A stretch of 36,827 nucleotides of DNA from Candidatus Zhuqueibacterota bacterium (lineage in GTDB: Bacteria; Zhuqueibacterota; Zhuqueibacteria; Residuimicrobiales; Krinioviventaceae): contig RQOI01000083.1 of assembly GCA_003854995.1 (NCBI GenBank), positions 1-36,827 on the forward strand. Direction: 5' to 3'. The notes below the pieces were generated by a model. The model was not told the DNA's origin, did no database searches, and worked only from the letters and a program-made list of their open reading frames with translations. This document shows positions 20,112-27,324 of this stretch, in pieces. The translations under genes and the position numbers were made by a program. Position 1 is the first letter of the stretch. Every line of letters begins with the position of its first letter.

Positions 20112-20777
20112 TTAATTTTTATCACTGAATGCGTAGTATAAAAGCACGAGCGATGCGAAAAAGTTGACATATCTCGTAATCGCATCAAAACTGATTCTGC
20201 TAACTCGCGGAACGACGATCTCATCACCAGATACAAGTCTCAGCTCGCGAATGGATGTCCCTTCATACAAGGAATTCCAAAAATCTGCGTAAATGATTTC
20301 GCCATTTCGCACGACGTAAATATCTTCAGCTGCGAGGTTACTCGACAGTCCGCCCGCCTCGGCAACTACATCCCAAAAAGAGGTCGTCGGGCTAAAGCGG
20401 TACATTCCTGGTTTGCCGAACTCTCCCTTCAGGATCAGCCGAATGAGAGGATTGATCATGATGGTCAAATTTTTTCCGTACGTTTTAAACTTTTCTTCAA
20501 ACAGCTTTGTCACTTCCTCGAGCGACATGTCTGCCACATAGACTCGGCCAAATGATCCCAATTGTACATAACCTTCGCCATCAATCACAAATTCGACATC
20601 ATGAAAGTTTGACAGGATTCTATTGCGGTTAGGCTCCATTTCATTGTCGTAGATCAATATTTTCAAGCCATCGGCCTTTTTAAATCTGAAATCTTCTGTT
20701 GCATGCGCAGTAAGGTGCACGGCGAAAAATAATGCGATGATCAAACTCTTGCATAAAGTTTTCTGAACCACGTCCAA
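20112..20777 (-). CDS. Polysaccharide export protein (Wza-like; Poly_export + SLBB)
   Basis: TTG start with GAGGAG RBS. 'VIDGEGYVQLGSFGRVYVADMSLEE', 'GEFGKPGMY', 'VAEAGGL' and 'LVSGDEIVVP'; C-terminal hydrophobic helix; adjacent to wzc. Confidence 0.85.
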   Translation of the reverse strand: MDVVQKTLCKSLIIALFFAVHLTAHATEDFRFKKADGLKILIYDNEMEPNRNRILSNFHDVEFVIDGEGYVQLGSFGRVYVADMSLEEVTKLFEEKFKTYGKNLTIMINPLIRLILKGEFGKPGMYRFSPTTSFWDVVAEAGGLSSNLAAEDIYVVRNGEIIYADFWNSLYEGTSIRELRLVSGDEIVVPRVSRISFDAITRYVNFFASLVLLYYAFSDKN

Positions 20778-20789
20778 TCTCTCCTCAAT

Positions 20790-21530
20790 TTACCGTGAGC
20801 GGAAATAACGAAATCTCTTGGTCTTTGTATCCAGAGACAAGCTTTTCAATATGTTGTATAGTTTGAGCAAACCGACCCTGGTATAGCCAAAGCGTGGTGA
20901 AAAGAGCATCCTTTTCAATCCCCAGGCGCCAAGAATCGGATTCTCCAGAACGATCTTTTTTATTTTTTCATTGATCGGCAATAGAGTTTCATCGATTTCC
21001 CTGCTGTGGGATCGACTCGGCTTCGAATCAGAGGGCGTGATCGCAGCAGCGGGTGTCCGATGCTGTCGATCGATCTGATCGCTGACCAGCGCACTCTTTG
21101 TCGACGCATTGACGCTCATGCCGGCGACAGGGCGGATGTAGGAAGATGGAGCTGCCGCGCTGTTGAGTCCACGACAAAAATCAAAATCCTCAATAGCTTC
21201 CTCGATCGAGTCATAGCTGGAAAGGATGCGATGAAATTCGAGCATTTCGAATACTTCAAAAACCTCCGATGACATCTGCGTGATTTTCAAATCACCGCCT
21301 TTTTCCTGCAATCTGCGTATTTCGCCGACAAACACGCCCCATCCTGCGCTGCTGACATATTGAACCGCCGCCATATCGATGATAAATTGACAGATGCCCT
21401 GTTCAATCGTCTGCCCCAGCAACTTTTGCAGCTCAGACGATGTGTTCGTATCGACATAGCCATGCGTTTTAAGCAATGCGATATCCTTCAACGCTCCGAC
21501 CCGATACTCTTCAATTTGAATACCTTCCAT
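20790..21530 (-). CDS. STAS-domain anti-sigma-factor antagonist fused to a C-terminal HTH-like domain
   Basis: 'GYVDTNTS...IIDMAAVQYVSSAGWGVF...GGDLKI...VFEVFEMLEF' is a STAS domain with the conserved Ser. ATG 21530 has an AAGGAA RBS and lies downstream of the sigma-54 promoter. Confidence 0.88.
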   Translation of the reverse strand: MEGIQIEEYRVGALKDIALLKTHGYVDTNTSSELQKLLGQTIEQGICQFIIDMAAVQYVSSAGWGVFVGEIRRLQEKGGDLKITQMSSEVFEVFEMLEFHRILSSYDSIEEAIEDFDFCRGLNSAAAPSSYIRPVAGMSVNASTKSALVSDQIDRQHRTPAAAITPSDSKPSRSHSREIDETLLPINEKIKKIVLENPILGAWGLKRMLFSPRFGYTRVGLLKLYNILKSLSLDTKTKRFRYFRSR

Positions 21531-21619
21531 AATTTCCTTTTCACCTGTTCGTTCGCTTTTTTCCAGCGCGACCGCACCACACGCATTGAGGGTCACTGCC
21601 TGCAGAGAGCGGTTTATTG

Positions 21620-21636
21620 AGCAAAGTTGGTGCCAA
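21620..21636 (-). promoter_or_regulatory. Sigma-54 (-24/-12) promoter of the polysaccharide operon
   Basis: Minus strand reads TTGGCACCAACTTTGCT, matching TGGCAC-N5-TTGC(A/T) with exact GG-N10-GC spacing, 90 bp upstream of ATG 21530. Confidence 0.85.
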
Positions 21637-21792
21637 TGGAAGAGATCATGCGGCAAATGAAAGGGGGATGAAACGGCGCAGGTTTGTATGCCAGTAATTC
21701 TATATTTTTATTAGTCTAATAGCGGAAAGTTTTGCAAGAATATGCACGCCTTTGATTCCGATTCAAGCCGGCGGCATAAAATAAAACAGGTC

Positions 21793-21830
21793 TGTCAAGG
21801 CACGAGACAAAGATGTCCCACCCTAATACA
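21793..21830. promoter_or_regulatory. Tandem TGT-N11-ACA enhancer-like sites (putative UAS for a sigma-54 activator)
   Basis: TGTCAAGGCACGAGACA (21793-21809) and TGTCCCACCCTAATACA (21814-21830), centres 21 bp apart, about 190-215 bp upstream of the predicted start site. Confidence 0.6.
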
Positions 21831-21835
21831 TCAGT

Positions 21836-21862
21836 AAAAAAACCGCATCACTTGCGTTTTTT
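21836..21862 (-). terminator. Weak possible intrinsic terminator overlapping the glgA stop codon
   Basis: Minus strand AAAAAA-CGCA-AGTGA-TGCG-G-TTTTTTT; only a 4-bp core stem. Confidence 0.3.
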
Positions 21863-23329
21863 GCTCTCCAGCTTTTGATAGACCTTGATATAGTTCTCAG
21901 CTGACTGTGTCCATGAAAAATCAACCTTCATCCCGCGTCGCTGGATTTTGATCCAATTCTTTTGATCCTGAAAAGCCGTGACGGCGTGATGAATGGCGGT
22001 CAGCATGGCGTTGCTGCTATAGTCGGTGAAAACAAAGCCAGTGCCTTTTTCAGGTTCCAGGACAAAATCAATGATCGTATCCGCCAGCCCGCCGGTTTTT
22101 CGAACAATGGGGACAGTGCCATATCTGAGGCTATACATCTGATTGAGTCCACAGGGTTCGAACCGGGAAGGCATCAAAAACATATCACTACCCGCTTCGA
22201 TCAGGTGAGCGAGTTCTTCATCAAAGGTGAGAAAAGCGGCGATTTGATTCGGGTTGGTTTTGGCGGCTTTTTTGAAAAACTTGTGGTATCTCTCATCGCC
22301 GGTGCCCAAAACGACGAGCTGGACTTTCAATGATATCAGCTTGTCAATGACATCAGCAATGAGGTCAAAGCCTTTTTGATCAACCATTCGCGAGACGATG
22401 CCGATGATCGGCGTTTTTTCATCGAACGGCAGCTTGGCTCGGGCAGTCAGCGCTTTTTTATTTTCAAGCTTGCCACTCAGATTGTCAGCATCATAGGGAG
22501 AGATGAACGGATCTTTCTCGGGATTCCAGACAGAATAATCAACGCCGTTCAAAATGCCGTGAATATCATTTTTACGTCGCCGCAGAATATCCAAAAGGCC
22601 GGCGCTCTGCTCCATATCTGTCTGTATTTCTTCGGCATACGTCGGGCTGACCGTCGTGATGAGGTCGGACGTCACCAAACCACTCTTTAGGAAATTGATT
22701 CGGTCCCAGATCTCCAGATCGCTGGTATTCACCTCGGGGCCGATGCCGATCCTCGGCAGCACCGATTTATCAAAGCTGCCTTGATAAGACAAATTATGGA
22801 CCGAGAGCACCGTTGCAGTGCCGGCAAAGAACGGATCCTGGGCGTATTCGTGCTTCAATAACCAGGGTATCATAGCTGTCTGCCAATCGTTGCAGTGGAT
22901 CACCTGCGGCTGCCAATGAAGCAGTTTTGTCGTTGCCAGGGTGGCCCGGCACAACAGCATGAATCGCTCGGCATTGTCTGGAAAATCTGTGCCTGTTTTT
23001 GCATCCACATAGAGTTCCGGACGGCTGAAATAGGCGGGATAATCCAGAAAATAGACCTGCACTTTCGAATCGGGAATGAACGCTGACTTGGCGCACGTCA
23101 CATGTTCCTTGCTCCCCATGCGCACCGGAATTTTTTTGAGTCGAATGACCTCGCGCAGGATATATTTCCGTTCACTGATGATCCCGTATTTGGGCATTAT
23201 AATCCGGACATCATGCCCCATATCGTACAGAGCTTTGGGCAGCGAACTCGTCACATCCGCCAGACCGCCGGTTTTTGCAAACGGGGATACCTCTGAAGCA
23301 AGAAATAGGATTCTGAATCGATTTTTCAT
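21848..23329 (-). CDS. glgA: Glycogen synthase
   Basis: 'SEVSPFAKTGGLADV', 'IHCNDWQT', 'HNLSYQG', 'TVSPTYAEEI' and 'MPSRFEPCGLNQMYSLRYGTVPIVRKTGGLADT'. Confidence 0.95.
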   Translation of the reverse strand: MKNRFRILFLASEVSPFAKTGGLADVTSSLPKALYDMGHDVRIIMPKYGIISERKYILREVIRLKKIPVRMGSKEHVTCAKSAFIPDSKVQVYFLDYPAYFSRPELYVDAKTGTDFPDNAERFMLLCRATLATTKLLHWQPQVIHCNDWQTAMIPWLLKHEYAQDPFFAGTATVLSVHNLSYQGSFDKSVLPRIGIGPEVNTSDLEIWDRINFLKSGLVTSDLITTVSPTYAEEIQTDMEQSAGLLDILRRRKNDIHGILNGVDYSVWNPEKDPFISPYDADNLSGKLENKKALTARAKLPFDEKTPIIGIVSRMVDQKGFDLIADVIDKLISLKVQLVVLGTGDERYHKFFKKAAKTNPNQIAAFLTFDEELAHLIEAGSDMFLMPSRFEPCGLNQMYSLRYGTVPIVRKTGGLADTIIDFVLEPEKGTGFVFTDYSSNAMLTAIHHAVTAFQDQKNWIKIQRRGMKVDFSWTQSAENYIKVYQKLESKKRK

Positions 23330-23405
23330 ATCATCGCCTTAGTATGAGAACACTGATACAACATCCCCTTGCATATGAATACAAGCAATCTAATTAAGAA
23401 TCCTA

Positions 23406-23433
23406 AAGTTAGCAAAATTTTTGTGAAATGCAA
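23406..23433 (-). promoter_or_regulatory. Putative sigma-70 promoter for glgA
   Basis: Minus strand TTGCAT-N16-TAACTT with an extended TGn -10, immediately after the upstream terminator. Confidence 0.5.
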
Positions 23434-23434
23434 T

Positions 23435-23460
23435 AAAAAAGGGTAACGTTCGTTACCCTC
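23435..23460 (-). terminator. Rho-independent terminator after the cpoB-like gene
   Basis: Minus strand AGGGTAAC-GAAC-GTTACCCT-TTTTT: perfect 8-bp stem plus U-tract, about 6 bp after the stop. Confidence 0.85.
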
Positions 23461-23465
23461 TTGAC

Positions 23466-24230
23466 TCAAAGCTGACCGAGATGTGATTGTGCTCGGCCGG
23501 CATATTCACTGGTGGGATGTTCTTTGAGCAGTTTCTCAAACTCCCTTTTTGCCTGCGCTTTATCATTCAATTGAATATAGCATAATCCCAGCTTGAGCTG
23601 AGCGTCATCTAGTTTATTCGAATTTGGAAAGTTGAAAACCTTTTGGAACTCCATGATGGCTTGGTTATAGTTGCCCAATCCATAGTAGCATTCACCTTTC
23701 CAGTACTGGCAATTATCTGACAGAGAGTTGTTTTCGCCCGATGCCAACAACTGATCGAACGCGAAAATAGCGTCGTTGTATCGCCGGCTGTAATAAAGTC
23801 GCAGCGCGTCATCATATCGGCTCTTAAAGCTCGTCCCGGTCGGCACCGTTATTTGCGTGAGGGTTTGCGATTTGGCTTGAATTTGCGCATCCTTTTCCTC
23901 AAGTTGGTTCTTCAGCGACGCCAGTTGCCGATCTCTTTCAGTGACTTCGCTTTCCAGACGCCCAATTTCATCCTGCAATATCTGTTGTTCGTCCTTTGTC
24001 TCGGTCGTCGGCGGTTCAGTCTCCACTTGCTCATCTTTTATACCGAGCAGGCGCAGCACTTCATCTTCATCGGAAGAGGCGGCTTGATCATCGGTCATCG
24101 TCTCGCCGGGATACAACTCTTCCTCACCGTATGCACCTGCCTGATTACCCGCGCACGAAAAGATGAGAAAACCAGAAAGAATAAAAGTGAATAAAAGCGA
24201 ATAAATCCAAATCAGGCGTTTCATGTTCAT
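23466..24230 (-). CDS. CpoB/YbgF-like TPR lipoprotein
   Basis: Lipobox-like 'LIFSC', coiled coil, then TPRs 'LSDNCQYWKGECYY', 'SNKLDDAQLKLG' and 'LLKEHPTSEYA' typical of the YbgF C-terminus. Confidence 0.8.
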   Translation of the reverse strand: MNMKRLIWIYSLLFTFILSGFLIFSCAGNQAGAYGEEELYPGETMTDDQAASSDEDEVLRLLGIKDEQVETEPPTTETKDEQQILQDEIGRLESEVTERDRQLASLKNQLEEKDAQIQAKSQTLTQITVPTGTSFKSRYDDALRLYYSRRYNDAIFAFDQLLASGENNSLSDNCQYWKGECYYGLGNYNQAIMEFQKVFNFPNSNKLDDAQLKLGLCYIQLNDKAQAKREFEKLLKEHPTSEYAGRAQSHLGQL

Positions 24231-24234
24231 TCTC

Positions 24235-25407
24235 CTAATTTTGCTTCGTCATGACGATATAAGTGGCTGCACCCCAGCCGAAGAATGCTACTAATGCCGA
24301 GACGATTCGCCAGTTACGGCCACTGCTCGCGACCTTGACCTGGATGGGCCGTTTTGGCAACCCGGAATATCCAATGCCTTTCAGATCTGTGTCAACAGCC
24401 ACAACACAGTATTCGATTCCAGCGGTCGTCACATAGGCCCCATTGATGACCGCTTCGTAATAGACATCCCCCATATTTTTCAACGGCGCCAGTTTCCATT
24501 TTTGCGTTCCTGTCGTGCGATAGATGACGGTCGCTGTCCGAATTGGTATCTCGGATGTGATGACAGCTGTCAAACGCAAGTCCCGTCCCTCTTCCGCCTG
24601 AAAAACAGGATAATGGATGACCGTCGGCGCTTTGGTCGGCTTGGGTGGTTTTCCCAAATCCGGCTTGCCATCATGGTCCCAAAAACCATTTCGATCTTCC
24701 GGGCGATAGAGATCGAGGTCCAGCCTCTTTGTCACGTTATCGCGATCCAAATCGAGCGGATCCTTTTTTAGGAAAGAATAGTTGATTCCAGCCCAGATGG
24801 AGGTGATGCCGTCATTCAAGTCGCCTGTATCGCGCTGATCGAGCAGATCCACCCCGGTATAGCGGAAATCAGCGCCGATGGCCAGACCCAGTCCGTTGTC
24901 AAAATTGAACTCCAGGCCGCCGGACGTTTTGAAAAACAGGTCAAAATTTTTCTGTTCTTTTCCTTCGCGAACGACCGTGCTGCCATCATATTTGGATTCC
25001 CAGTTAACCCCGCCAAAGCCGAGCGAGGCAAACGGATTGACCGTGTTGCGCGGGAGAAAATTGAATTTAAAGTCGAGCTCAATGGGCATCGCAACTGTCT
25101 GAAATTCATTTATATCAACTTGATCGACCGGAAGATAATGGGCGACCTCATGGAGGTCTTTGCTCTCTTTCGTCATCAGGTTCGAATAGTTTACCTCGAC
25201 ACCAATGGCAAAATATGAGATGGGAGAGTACGAGATCAACAATGATCCCATGGGATTGAATCGTGGTGTGTACCAATCCCCCTCAAGTTTGTTGACGCCA
25301 GCTTTCAAGCCGATGCCGAATTTATCGTCGGCCGCGTGCAAGCTGTTTTTCGTCAACAATTGGACAAAGAGGGAGACGACAAGCAGAGTGAAAACGGCTC
25401 TTCTCAA
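24235..25407 (-). CDS. Outer-membrane beta-barrel protein with degenerate TSP3-like repeats, an Ig-like domain and a C-terminal hydrophobic helix
   Basis: TTG 25407 with AAGGAAG RBS gives signal peptide 'MRRAVFTLLVVSLF...SLHA'. OmpA-type barrel strands ('VNPFASLGFGG', 'SIWAGINYSF'); 'PEDRNGFWDHDGKPD'; ends 'WRIVSALVAFFGWGAATYIVMTKQN'. Confidence 0.7.
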   Translation of the reverse strand: MRRAVFTLLVVSLFVQLLTKNSLHAADDKFGIGLKAGVNKLEGDWYTPRFNPMGSLLISYSPISYFAIGVEVNYSNLMTKESKDLHEVAHYLPVDQVDINEFQTVAMPIELDFKFNFLPRNTVNPFASLGFGGVNWESKYDGSTVVREGKEQKNFDLFFKTSGGLEFNFDNGLGLAIGADFRYTGVDLLDQRDTGDLNDGITSIWAGINYSFLKKDPLDLDRDNVTKRLDLDLYRPEDRNGFWDHDGKPDLGKPPKPTKAPTVIHYPVFQAEEGRDLRLTAVITSEIPIRTATVIYRTTGTQKWKLAPLKNMGDVYYEAVINGAYVTTAGIEYCVVAVDTDLKGIGYSGLPKRPIQVKVASSGRNWRIVSALVAFFGWGAATYIVMTKQN

Positions 25408-25452
25408 AGTGGCTTCCTTTCTACCAAACACCCTTTGTTCGTTTATGCTCTC

Positions 25453-25481
25453 AAGATATTAAAGTTGCCATTGAATGTCAA
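25453..25481 (-). promoter_or_regulatory. Putative sigma-70 promoter for the barrel-cpoB operon
   Basis: Minus strand TTGACA-N17-TATCTT in an AT-rich intergenic region. Confidence 0.7.
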
Positions 25482-25537
25482 GTTCTTTTTGACTCAAAAT
25501 TAATGGATACAATATATTAGGCCAATTTAGAAGACAT

Positions 25538-26371
25538 CTATGAAGAGACTTTGCCGGCTGCTGTTCTTTTTATTTTATTATAACCAATTATAAGTAAAAT
25601 AATTCCAGCAAGGACAAAGATTATGCTTATGCCCTGGTTGAGGCTGATCCCTCTGTCGCCCATCGGCAGGATGACCATGCTGTCCTCGTAATAGCGATAG
25701 ATGTCGATGATGAAACGGGCAATGCCATACAGGATCAAAAAAATGGCCAGGAGAAAACCATCAAATTTTTTCCAGCGCTCGACGAGCAGCAGCGCGATGA
25801 ATATGATCAAGCCATAGAGGGAAGAATAGAGCTGCGCCGGTACGAGCGGCACGCCCGGGAATTGGCTTCCAGCAGCGCTGTTGAGCGGAAAGGTGACGCA
25901 GAGATGTCCATGGCCTTCGCATGGCAATCCAAAGCAGCAGCCGTTCAAAAAGCAGCCGATTCGCGTCAAAAAAATGCCGAATCCGACCGCCGGCATCAAG
26001 ACATCGGCAAATTTATAGAATGGCAGCTTTTTCATTCTGAGGTAGATGACGGCGCTGATGAAGCAGAGGACAATGCCACCCAGCACCGTCAATCCCGCAA
26101 TGCCGATCTGGCCATCACTCTGAAAAGGATTGACCGTGTCAAGCCAGTGCCCGCGAAACTCGTCCAGATGAAAAAGGACGTAGAGAAGACGAGAGCCGAC
26201 GATGGCGCTCACAATCAGGATGACCGAGAGGTCCATGATGTGGTTCGGATCTATGCCGCGGGATTTTGCGCGCCGCACGGACAGGTATATCCCGATCAGA
26301 AAAGACAAGGCCAGCAGCAGTCCATAAGCGCGGATCTCAAGCGCGCCAATTCTCAGCAATACAGGGTACAC
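25538..26371 (-). CDS. lgt: Prolipoprotein diacylglyceryl transferase
   Basis: 'MYPVLLRIG...AYGLL', 'IVGSRLLYV', 'RIGCFLNGCCFG', 'PAQLYSS' and 'YGIARFIIDIYR'. Confidence 0.92.
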   Translation of the reverse strand: MYPVLLRIGALEIRAYGLLLALSFLIGIYLSVRRAKSRGIDPNHIMDLSVILIVSAIVGSRLLYVLFHLDEFRGHWLDTVNPFQSDGQIGIAGLTVLGGIVLCFISAVIYLRMKKLPFYKFADVLMPAVGFGIFLTRIGCFLNGCCFGLPCEGHGHLCVTFPLNSAAGSQFPGVPLVPAQLYSSLYGLIIFIALLLVERWKKFDGFLLAIFLILYGIARFIIDIYRYYEDSMVILPMGDRGISLNQGISIIFVLAGIILLIIGYNKIKRTAAGKVSS

Positions 26372-26381
26372 GAGCTCCTCC

Positions 26382-27164
26382 TCAAATTATAAATTTACGA
26401 TTGCCCGGCGGAAAGGTCGGAGAGTGGGGAATTCCTTTTTCACCATTCCATACATACAAGCCGGGTTCACCATTGTCAACAACAGCATAAGTGTAATCCA
26501 TGCCCCAAAAACCGGGATTGATATAATGGCCGTTCTTATAAGGCGCGAGCGCAGCCCAGTGCGTGTGTCCCAGCACGACCATATCATAGCCAGCATCAAT
26601 TTTTTCCTGAGCATACTCCCGATAGTCATCATCCATATAGACAGTGCTCTTTTTCTCGCGCGAGCTCCGGCTGAGATTTGAGAAGAACAGGGCCAGGGGA
26701 ATTCCGATATCAGGATGCAAAAGCTGATATAGAACGATATTCATCTTGTTTCTCAACACTCTCTTGAGCAAGCGATAGCCATGGTCAGTTTTCAACAGGC
26801 CATCGCCATGCGTGATATAGATGCGGCGTCCGCCGTTCTCGAGGACAAGATCGTGCTCGTGAATGCTCAGGCCTATCTCATGACTCATGAAGGAATCGAG
26901 CCAAAAGTCGTGGTTGCCGGCCGTATAATAGACTTTATGGCGAGCGCTCAGCAGCGACAACAGACCGAGAACGCGCAAGTGTCTTCGTGGCACGACGGTC
27001 TTGTACTCAAACCAGAAATCAAACAGATCGCCGACAATGACGAGTTCAGCATCCTCTTTTTCCACCATCTGCAAAAAAGAGACGAGCCGCTGCTCTTTTC
27101 GTTTTTCCAGCTCTTCCGAATGCGCGCCCAGGTGCACATCGGAAAAAAAATAGATTTTACTCAT
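26382..27164 (-). CDS. lpxH: UDP-2,3-diacylglucosamine diphosphatase (LpxH-like metallophosphoesterase)
   Basis: 'FFSDVHLG', 'GDLFDFWFEY', 'GNHDFW', 'HGDGL' and 'LGHTH'. Start at ATG 27164, or GTG 27182. Confidence 0.8.
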   Translation of the reverse strand: MSKIYFFSDVHLGAHSEELEKRKEQRLVSFLQMVEKEDAELVIVGDLFDFWFEYKTVVPRRHLRVLGLLSLLSARHKVYYTAGNHDFWLDSFMSHEIGLSIHEHDLVLENGGRRIYITHGDGLLKTDHGYRLLKRVLRNKMNIVLYQLLHPDIGIPLALFFSNLSRSSREKKSTVYMDDDYREYAQEKIDAGYDMVVLGHTHWAALAPYKNGHYINPGFWGMDYTYAVVDNGEPGLYVWNGEKGIPHSPTFPPGNRKFII

Positions 27165-27194
27165 AAAACTCTTTTCTGGCACATGAACTTTGCT

Positions 27195-27223
27195 AAATTA
27201 AGGATAAACCTGCTGAAATGCAA
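27195..27223 (-). promoter_or_regulatory. Putative sigma-70 promoter for lpxH-lgt
   Basis: Minus strand TTGCAT-N17-TAATTT in the divergent lpxH/ispE intergenic region. Confidence 0.45.
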
Positions 27224-27324
27224 GATGCAGGTTGAAGAATCGCGCAGAGGCTTCGGCAGAGTGGCGATTCTCATGTCAGCGTTATTATGCACATATCAGT
27301 CGTCTGCAAAAAGCGAGAGTCTGC

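Noticed and set aside
20790-20981. Possible IS remnant or mobile element
   Set aside because: Only an HTH-like segment in frame within an intact gene; no DDE domain, terminal repeats or target duplication seen.
21531-21656. N-terminal extension of the STAS ORF to ATG 21656
   Set aside because: It overlaps the sigma-54 promoter; ATG 21530 has a good RBS and begins the domain.
21745-21766. Possible IHF site (AATCAA-N4-GTG, minus strand) between enhancer and promoter
   Set aside because: Imperfect match to WATCAA-N4-TTR; too weak to call.
27173-27194. TGGCAC...TTGCT resembling a sigma-54 promoter upstream of ispE
   Set aside because: The spacer is 7 nt (ATGAACT) rather than the strictly required 5.
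27207-27270. Inverted repeats AACCTGC/GCAGGTT and GAATCGC/GCGATTC in the lpxH-ispE gap
   Set aside because: 7-bp arms with long loops, no U-tract and no recurrence; may be chance.
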